This document shows, piece by piece, positions 55,057 to 64,000 of a stretch of DNA of 64,000 nucleotides. Position numbers and translations under genes: made by a program. Each line of letters begins with the position of its first letter. Positions within the stretch are counted from its first letter, which is position 1. Source of the stretch: Amoebidium appalachense (lineage: Eukaryota; Protista; Ichthyosporea); assembly GCA_963693365.1 (NCBI GenBank), contig CAVNZM010000015.1:868001-932000 (forward strand), read 5' to 3'. The notes below the pieces were generated by a model, which was not told where the DNA came from, did no database searches, and was given only the letters and a program-made list of their open reading frames with translations.

Positions 55057-56545
55057 AGGCCCGAGGGGGGGGGGGAGGGAGGTTGGGGGGGGCAGGCAAG
55101 GTGTTGCTTGTCCCCATGTTGCACTTACATGGAGCCGGCATTGATTGAATTGTGTTTGAATAAACATGGATGTTGGTATGGGTGCATTTTCAGTGCTTTT
55201 GAATCAGACAAGGTACTCTATGTGCCGGTTTGAGAAGAAGGGCTAAGGAGAGAAAAAGGGAGAGGGAAAGGGGAAGAGGGGCTGCGGGGCGAACCGGGCG
55301 GGCGGGGGGGTGAGGGAGGGAGGGGGGGGGGGGGAGGAAGGGGTGAAGGGCGAAGAAGAATGGGAAGAGGATTCATGATTGTTTTGTGTTTGAGGGGACG
55401 TTTTTGGTGGCACCCGTGTTACTGGAGCTGTAAGTGCCTTTGAACATGGTCGTATGAAATAAGGTCGCAAATGGGAAGGGTTGGAGGGGGAGGGGGGGGG
55501 GGAGAGTGGGGCTATAGATATTGTAGTTTGGTGCGTGGCATGTTCTGACGCCGACCCTCCCCCCTCCCCCAACCCTCAACCACCCACCCACTCACAACCC
55601 ACCGATCCAAAGATGGCCAAAAAGGCCATTGAACAAGAAGGAGAAAAAGTTGAAGGATTTACAAAGCCAGAGGTGATTGAGCTGGATACAAGGGAGGATG
55701 GAGATGCCATACAGGCAGGTGGGTGAAAATAATAGTTACGAGGGTTGAGGAGGCGGGGGGGGGGGGGGGGGGGGGAGGGGGAGGAGGAGGGGAGGGGGTT
55801 GGATTGGAAGATCACGGGTGGGGGTGGGGGGAGAGGGGAGGGGGGTTGGGGGGGGGGGAGGGTCGAAAGCGCATGACGTGTATTGCATTGGTGAGGAAAA
55901 TTGCTTGGGTTTTCCACTGAGTATGTCCTGTTTCGCCTTCCAAAAGATTGGAACGGTTTGCCAGGGAGCTAAAGGTTGAGAGGGGCGAAAGGGTGATAGC
56001 TTACGAATGTGCCATTGAGTAAGCACGTCATCCTTGTGGAATGGCTGCTTTATTTAATTTCTGCTTCAAGTAGCACCAGCCTTTGTGTGTGTGGTCTGTG
56101 CGGAGATACCACCCACCCACACACCACTCAGAGGAACACACCTACACACCAAACCAGAAATCCAGGGGAGGGGAGGGGGGAGAGGGGGAGGGGGGGGCTT
56201 CCTTTCTCAAATAAAGTTGAGTTTTATTTTGAGAATCTTTGTTTCTTTTCTTTCCCTCTTCGTTGTCTTCCCCCCCCCCCCCACCCCCCCCCCCCCCCCC
56301 CCCTCCCCTCCCCCTCTCCCCCCCGTCCACTCACAGAGCTTGTGCTAACTGACTGGCGTCACACTATTTCCACAGCTCTCACAGCGCTCACCAAGCGAAC
56401 CACCGTGCCCAACGTGTTCATCAACGGTGTGTCGGTTGGTGGGGGCGATGACACCCTCATGTTGCAGCGCAGTGGTCTGCTGCTGAAGATGATAGCTGGA
56501 GCAGTGGCTGCAAGGGCGAGCAAGAACCTGCAATGGGAAGAATAA
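54680..56545 (+). CDS. GRX: Dithiol glutaredoxin (CGYC active site)
   Basis: Exons 54680-54790, 55613-55718, 56376-56545. VVIFSKTWCGYCK, ELDTREDGDAIQ, TTVPNVFING, GGGDD. Confidence 0.92.
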
Positions 56546-58099
56546 CATGGATCACATTCGGGGGAATGTGCTGTTTGTAATTAAGAATCCGAAAGCTCTA
56601 TATACATAATAAGTAGAGATGTAATGGGTCTAGATCGACTTTGGAGAAAAAGGATAGCCGAGAGTGCTAATTTCCAGTAGTAGTTTTCGAATGAAGGAAG
56701 TACGTTACCGCTCTGCTAGTAAAATCTGTATGCTGTGTTCTTTAATCGTTCGTGTTAAAGCTTTTTCTTTGTGTCAGCTAAAGAAGCTTGCTACCGTAAC
56801 AAGCACATTTCTAAGCAATATACATCGAAAAAAAAACCCTGGAGGTTTGCAATTGACATCCTGGCCGGATCCACCCTTTGTGAGGATCTCGGCTCGGTAA
56901 AGCAGCTTCACTGCTAGTAGGCTACCTTCCCCCGCCCCCCCAGTTCTCCCCCCTCCCTCCCCCCTTCCCGCCCTTCTCATTCCTTACCCAAGCATCTTTA
57001 CTTAGGCGCTGGCTGATCTGCAGGGAGGGAGGTTGATTGTCCTCCCTTCCCCCCCCCCCCCCCCCCTTCCCCCTCCCCCCGAGGCTCCCCCCCCCCCCCC
57101 CCCTCCCGTTCACACGGGTCGATCGGAGATCTGTCTCCTTCCTGAGAGTACTCTCCACATCCTCTCTCGAGATCAATAACACGTGCACACACACGCACAC
57201 CGTGGCCTACCCCCCTCCCACTCCCCTCTGCAGCTGTCTTCCTTATCTCTCTCCCCCCACTGCCCCCCCCCCAGTCTCTCTCTCTCCCTCCCTCTCTCTC
57301 TCCCCCCCCCTCCCCCCCTCCCCCCCCCTTTTTTCTTCCGCTCTTCCCCCCCCCTATCTCCTCCTCCCTGCCTTCCCACGTTTCTCGAAACATCCTCCTT
57401 CCTGATCCTCCTTTCTTTCTTCAGCTTCAAGCAAGCTTGTACTCCTCTCCAAGGCTTCCTCCCCAGGTTGTCCCTGGTATTCAACCTCCTGTCGCCCGAT
57501 CATTCACGTAACCATCCCTCATCTTACGCTGCAACACGATTCTGGACACACAGAAGTAGAGAAAATTTTAATTTATTATTTCGCTGTTCTGGGCTAACAA
57601 ACGGAAAGGAAAAAAACAAAAGCCGGGGGGGGAAACGGAAAGCTTTTAATGCGCACGTGTGCACGTGTCTTCCCGGACGTAGAGGATGGTATTCGGATAT
57701 TCGGATCGGAAACCAAGTCGATTTGAGCAGAGGGGGTGTTGCAGAAACGCCTGCTGCAAAAACAAACAAACAGCCAAAATCTATGTTTTTATTACATGTT
57801 TACGGTACAAAGCCTACATATCAACATTAACACACTACATCTTTGTATTGTTTTGGCTTCATTTATCCCTTTTTCTTCTTTTCCCTCTGTTTTCACATAG
57901 TGTCTGTTCCGTGTAAAATATTACACTCGGAGCTGTTTTCCCTTTTCACTGGCTTAGAGTCGAGTCTGTAACGCGGCTCCAAACCAAATGGATACGCGGC
58001 CTCTCAGAATAAAAAGGCCTCCATGCGCGCATAAAACGAAAAAAACAAGCGAAAACAACCTTTCCCCTTTACTCCTTTTCTAATTTCCAAAACCTCAAG

Positions 58100-58234
58100 A
58101 TGCCTCCCAAGGCCGAGTTCAAGCCGAAGCCCAGCTCCAAGGCTGAGAAGAACAAGCCAAAGGGCGGCAAGGCGAAGGATGAGGAGCGGGCGAAGTTGAA
58201 GGCAAAGAAGGAAGCGAAGGCTGCTGCCAAGTAA
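58100..58234 (+). CDS. Small lysine-rich protein (44 aa), family unknown
   Basis: MPPKAEFKPKPSSKAEKNKPKGGKAKDEERAKLKAKKEAKAAAK*. All 15 Lys codons are AAG, with strong G/C third-position bias; AAG-ATG start context. Confidence 0.7.
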   Translation: MPPKAEFKPKPSSKAEKNKPKGGKAKDEERAKLKAKKEAKAAAK

Positions 58235-60166
58235 ACTTCCATCTGCAAGACAAACATCAGAGCAAAACAAGCATGAATGGATTATCCTTCGTCACTCTTC
58301 TTGGCTGCGTTCCTTGGCTAAGCAGACCATTCTTCAGTCTCCGAGCACGGTGGCCGAAGCTGATAGATCTGCATATACGGGGGGCTTCGAGTTGAAGATG
58401 TTTTGGTTCGGGAGAGTTTGTGCGTTTCTGATCTATGCAAGGAGAACTACCGAACTTCGAAGCCTTTTCTACTACTATGAGTTACCTTTCTTTTTATAGT
58501 TTGTATTACACAACGTAGGTGATCCACAACAGAAGCATCCACGCTCTAGCTACATGGGCTGTTCGATCGGCAGACTTCACGGCAATGATTCAAAGGTGAC
58601 ATCTGACGGTACGAGGTTTATGAGCGTGTGTTTGTTATCTGCTGTGGTAAAGCAATTCATAGGCTGCACGTAACCAGTGGTTGTTGTGCAGATCTTTTAC
58701 TTCTTATCAATAAAAATGTAGTCGCATTGGAGTCACTTGATACACATGCATTGCTATTGTACTTCCGTCACCTGACGCTGCCAATTGTGGGTAACACGCT
58801 GAGTTGCTGAAAGAAAATAGCATGCTTGATGTGGATAGTTAGGGTAGGCTAAACCCACACACCCATCTATGGTCTTAACCACCTAAGCCAGCTCTCTACT
58901 CATACTGAATAATGCCCCTATGTTTGCTCACCAAGGCCCTCAGTCACCACAGTAACAAAACTTTCAGTATTGCTTCATCTACTCCTTTGCCTACCTTCCT
59001 ACTCCCTACTTTTCGACCCATGTAGGCGTTATCTGGTTCCCCTAGGCTTTGGTAGTACACAGGACACTCACCAGCGCTACGCTCGTGTTGTTTGAGAGAT
59101 CTAACTTCAGATCTCCCCCAACCCCCCACCCCCCCCCTCTTTCCCCAAAGAACTACACTGCTCCATGCCCATGTTATGAGCATCTAGAGTTGCCTTTGTG
59201 AACTTCACGTCTGATTCTTTTCCCACGAACATGCGATTCTTTTCCCAACATTTTCTCCCTAACTTCGTTTCAGCCGTATGCTGTAGCTTGTGCTCAGAAG
59301 TTCAATACCGTTGCATACTCAATGCCATCCCCAACATATGGTCGAGTAACTGTTATGGCTGATCCAACTATGTGAGCCACCTGCATCCTCACCATCTTTC
59401 AAGATCCGAAACACACACACACATCCACACACATTCACACCGTAGTACACACAGCTGCCCCCTAGTACCACCCACGGCCTTACCGTAGGCTCCCAGTTTT
59501 TTAGACTTAGAACCCAGTTTGAAAGACTTTGGAAGCTTTTGCATATAGCTATGGTCACTGTACATGTACACCCTCGAGCTATCCTCCACCCTAGCTCCTG
59601 CCCAAATGCAAGTATCCCCCCCCCCCCCCAGAAGATGATTACTGTGTATGATACCAACCCGAGCCAAGTTCAACCACTCAACTTAAGAAGCTTCACGCCC
59701 CAGGACCTGCTGTGACGGCGTCTTTTGAGGTGACAAACATGCAAGTCGCATAAACTACCCATGTACGCATGCATCTACATAATATGTCCATCATACAAAA
59801 TGTTCTACATATTATATATAAGCGCATCCAATCGCTTCGCTAATCTCAGACAACATACATACTACCTAACTCAGTGGTGTCTGCATAGAGTTTGGTATCT
59901 CTATAATGAAAAACACACATATGCAAGCTTGGCCATGGCGAGCTACCTTTAACATTTGTGCAACCTTGTAAACCACCTGAGTCAGCTGGGCTGCCGACCA
60001 CATTCGAGTTTGTGCTATAGCTTCGAGCACTACTTTGAAATTCACCTCATAATGATTTCGATCCAATGCCTACACATTCATATTTCATCCATCTATAAGT
60101 ACCAAAGCCATAGATAGAAGAACAAAACACGGAGAATCTACTTAAATTTTATAGAAAACAAAAAAA

Positions 60167-61333
60167 CTACAACACCCAGCTCAACACCAGAGCACACGTC
60201 ACCAAAAGCGACGGTGAAATTTTCACACCAGCACTCTTGGTTCCTGTCTGCCCAGTCGGTGTCGGAGCAGCACCGGAAGCATTCTGATTGGTGCTTTCGG
60301 CGGCAGTGCTAACCAATCGGGAGAAGGCAGCTGTTAAAGCAGTCTCGTTTTGCAGCTTCACGTTGTGCTCGGGCATCATGCATGCATACAGGGCCTGGCC
60401 GTTGTTGAAGTGGAGCGCGTGTTCTTTAACTCCGTCCATTTTGCAGAAGGGGCACTCCATCTCGGGCATTACGGTAGTAAAATTTGTGTTGCCCATGTTA
60501 TGATCTGTGGGTTGGGGGGGGGGGGGGGGGGGGGGGGGGCAGGTTGAGAATGTGTTTAAGACGGTGAAGCACGTTCGTTCCGTGAACACAATGCAGAGTG
60601 CAAACCACACAAGAGTATGCAGAATAAACAGCTTATCGTCGGCCTCCCGAGAAGGGGGAGGGAGAAGGAGGACGGGAGGGGGGAGGGGGGCTGCATTAAT
60701 ATTCAGGTGGATGTTGTGGTGATATGTGGGGATGTGGTTGGGAAGACACGATCTTTTGTTTACAAGGGCTGTGAAACAAGCGAATGATTTGCGGTCAGTA
60801 GAGGACAAGAATTGACGGAGGGGCGGCGTGTGATTTGGGCCTCGTAGGAAAGGCCAATGCCGTACAGCCTTAAGTACGAGGGCCCATGAAGAATGAAATT
60901 CTCCCCCCCCCCCCCCCCCCCCCCCCCCTCAGCGCAGCTTTCCCAAATACACACACACACACAAATTCTTCTTTCTGCTTTCTATCAGACTCTCGGCTGC
61001 CATGATTTCGCTCTACGAAACTAAATGAATAAGAAGGCTACTATTCCCACACACCCTCCCCCCACAGCATCCCGGGACACAATGCCACCACAGATATGTA
61101 ATATTCCTCAGTCCTCCCCAACCCTCCCCTCCCACCCCCTGCCCCCCCACCACCACCACACCACCCCCGGTGTGTTTATGGAAAATTAAGGATGCAGTGA
61201 GAAAGGAACATGACAGATAGGTGCAACTGGTGGGATGTGTCGTTTCGTAGGGTCGAAGTTATGGCATGTGTCATCCGATGATTTGTTTTGGAACACAGGG
61301 GGAGTTGGAGGGGAATGTATTTTTATTTTTCTT

Positions 61334-61366
<33 letters not shown>

Positions 61367-61398
61367 TCTCCTCCAAGTTTTCTTGTGTATGTGTGGGT

Positions 61399-61429
<31 letters not shown>

Positions 61430-61966
61430 GGGGGGGGGAGTTAAGTGAAGGGAGCTAAGGCAACGTTCACATCACACTCAAAAGGGTAGAACCACACACT
61501 TATCTGTGGCACACTCAGACATGCACACAAATTTCTACTTACCCATAGTGGAGTTTTTTCCGTTGCCCATAGGTGTAGTAAAACTCAACACATACTTCAT
61601 CGGTGACGACATAACCATTTTCCCATGCTCCTCCGAGCACGTGTACGTTTTCTGCGTGCCGTTTTTCACAGACACGTAGTAGGACGCGGAAATGTTGACG
61701 GCGCTCCCGCACACGGGGCATTTTGTGGTCGCGACCACGTGATTCTCGTCGTGTGTAGTCCCGTCTGCGTGCACGTGTGTCGTGGTATCATTTATAATGG
61801 CGTTTGTGCCATTTTTCATTGGTGCAGTAGAGTTGCTAGAGTGGTCTTCTCCCTCGTGTCTTGCTACTCTCTTCACATGGTCTGTGTTTGTGAGAAGAGG
61901 AAGTGCTGCTACTGAAAGAATCAAAAGGGACAGAAGGAAGAGCGTCGGCACAAGCTTTCTCGACAT
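60167..61966 (-). CDS. Secreted, probably GPI-anchored protein with a His-rich segment and two TRASH/YHS-like CxxC...C motifs (253 aa)
   Basis: Exons 61966-61543 and 60504-60167 (GTAAGT donor, phase 1). Hydrophobic signal peptide; CPVCG...TYTCSEEH and CPFCKM...GQALYACMMPEH; S/T/A-rich stalk; hydrophobic C-terminus with no cytosolic tail. Confidence 0.82.
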
Positions 61967-62830
61967 TTTCTGGAACGTTTTGCAGGGAGTATTATCGTAG
62001 TTTTGTTTGTAGTCGATAGAACAGTTGGAAAAGAAAGTTGTTTACGAAATAAAAATGACTCGAGTCGAGTGTGCGATGTGTGTTTTCTTTTTACCCACCG
62101 TGCCCGGGACAATGGGTCTTGAAGGCGCGCGGCTGCCGCGGCGGTCACACTGTCACGGTCACAACCATCCACACGCAAAAATCAAACTATAAAAAAATAA
62201 ATGACTATTGTGTAAATCACCAAATATATAAACATACTAAAATTTTATAATGCACAATGTTTAAAGTCACGACAATAAATGTGACGGTTATGTAACACAG
62301 AAGGAGGTATCCAATGAGATCGGTCCATGGCGCAATATGGCGCCGCGGACAACACATGAAAAGTTGAGAAGATACATAGAGAGAAACTCATTATGCTCTC
62401 CTCCTACAGTAGGTGGAGTCTATTCATATATATTACAGCTATCAGATTTCTGCAATAAAGTCAAGAAACTCCGTCCTTTCTTCATGCATATGACAACTGT
62501 CATCTAAACGGTGTAACTTTGGATGACGCGCGGGCCACCCGGCGCGCTGGCGCACGCCTCTTAATAAATTCCATAGCCCCCCTAGAATGTGGACGTAAAT
62601 CCCCCTACACCCCCCTAGATAGTCAGGGGTGATGTTACGCGATTCAGGTGTGTGTACACGTGCACACGCAGTCACAAGTTTCGTTTAGAGAGAAAATAAG
62701 TTGCACAGAAACAGAAAGTAAGGGGCCAAGGATTAGAGCATTATTTAGGTGTTGAGAGGAATTAAAGGGCGTGGTTGCGCGTAGTTTGGGTTATACGTAG
62801 GGTCTGTAGACGGACGTCCTTAAGGGGAAA

Positions 62831-62966
62831 ATGGGGAAGAAGTCAGGGAAGAAGCGTGCGGCGGAGGGCCAGCAGGGACCGGCCGCCGTTCCTGCCAAGA
62901 AGCAGAAAACGTACGTACTTCGTTTTTCTTTGGATTCATGCAGTCCATACTCACCCCCTCCCCCCT

Positions 62967-62997
<31 letters not shown>

Positions 62998-64000
62998 CCC
63001 CTCTCCGCTCCTCCCCGCCCTCGGGTCTTCCGGGTCCCGCACAAACCGATACACACGCACTATCCCTGGTCTCCCTTCCCCCGCTCACCACACACACAGA
63101 CACACACGCTATCAGCTTCCCTGCTTCCTTCCCCCCCCTCCCCCCGTCCCCACCTTTCTCCCTCCCTCCCCCCCACTCCGCATCCGCACGCTCTCTCTTT
63201 CAACACGTTCCATTCTACAACGCTGTTAACTCCGCACTTTGGCATATAGCTCCTTCCCCCCCCCCCCCCCCCCCCCCCTCCCCCCCTTTGGTTGCTAATC
63301 CCATGATGCTGTTCCTGTGGGACCATGTTGTGCCTGTTTCTGTTTTTTGCCACCATCCCCAGTAGGTTTTATGCAAGTGAGGTGGGAAGTTGTTAACCGT
63401 TTCTGTTACTTCTTATGCAAATGCCTTACAGTGTGTGTTCAATAGCATTCGTAACACAGGCGGAGTGTGTGTCAGAGTGAAGGGGAAGAAGGAATTGTTT
63501 GGTGACGTTTGTATATGGAGGTCTGTGTGAGTATAAGACAGGAAGACGATAAGTGAAGATTGAATAATATGGTGCTGTGCGTATGTGTGTGTGCATAACC
63601 GGCGGGAGAGTGGGAGGCGGGGGGTGGGGAGAGAGAGCGGGGTGGGGGGAGGGGGGAGTGAGGGGAGGGGGGAAGGGGGGGAGGATAAAGAGAGTGGGTT
63701 GGGGGGTGAAATACCGTAAATTGGAAGTATGTTGTTCTGGCTGTGTAAAGAAGGAAATCGCAGGACATTCTGCATTTACTGAAGGTACTGTGTGCAGAGA
63801 GGAGGCGGTGCAGACACCAAATGAGGGAGGAGCTGCCCCGCAAATGGACAAACAAACAGCGTGTGCTCGTGTTCTGTGCACGTGGCATTACGTACAGGTA
63901 TGTGTGTGGGGCGGTGGGGGGGGGGGGGGGTTGTATAGGTGGGTGGGTGGGTGTGGATGTGGGTGTGTATGTTGCGGGCGCGCGGGTGTGTGGGTGCCTG
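62831..64000 (+). CDS. BRX1: Ribosome biogenesis protein BRX1 (Brix domain), 5' part; continues beyond the window
   Basis: Exon 62831-62910 MGKKSGKKRAAE...PAKKQK and exon about 63814-63897 EELPRKWTNKQRVLVFCARGITYR, matching the BRX1 N-terminal signature. Confidence 0.8.

Noticed and set aside
58500-60100. Unique, less repetitive sequence as a possible gene or ncRNA
   Set aside because: No convincing ORF, splice chain or tRNA/rRNA signature was visible.

Overview
Intron-rich eukaryotic DNA, full of poly-C/G and (CA)n/(GT)n tracts. The gene content (a fungal-type DUG gene together with a CIB-like EF-hand gene) suggests an opisthokont, possibly a unicellular holozoan; this is inference. 1-6380 holds the end of a head-to-tail tandem array of a Ty1/copia LTR retrotransposon (5116-bp period, shared 765-bp LTRs, half-tRNA-iMet PBS, gag starting inside the LTR), abutting or interrupting a LIV-1/ZIP metal transporter gene (6381-8322). 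12323-41529 is a 38-exon gene reconstructed by hand with consistent intron phases (3690 nt, about 1229 aa). It fuses a Dug3-like class II glutamine amidotransferase to a Dug2-like WD40 plus M20 peptidase-like module, which are two separate subunits of the glutathione-degrading complex in yeast. Downstream are a probable Harbinger-type non-autonomous element, a CIB-like gene (-), a CGYC glutaredoxin (+), a 44-aa Lys-rich smORF, a secreted, probably GPI-anchored double TRASH/YHS-like protein (-) and the start of BRX1. Introns show poly-C runs just after weak donors, duplicated splice junctions, minisatellites next to acceptors and a modular sense-oriented repeat family. All gene models are manual and have no RNA support; most ORFs in the supplied track are low-complexity artefacts.
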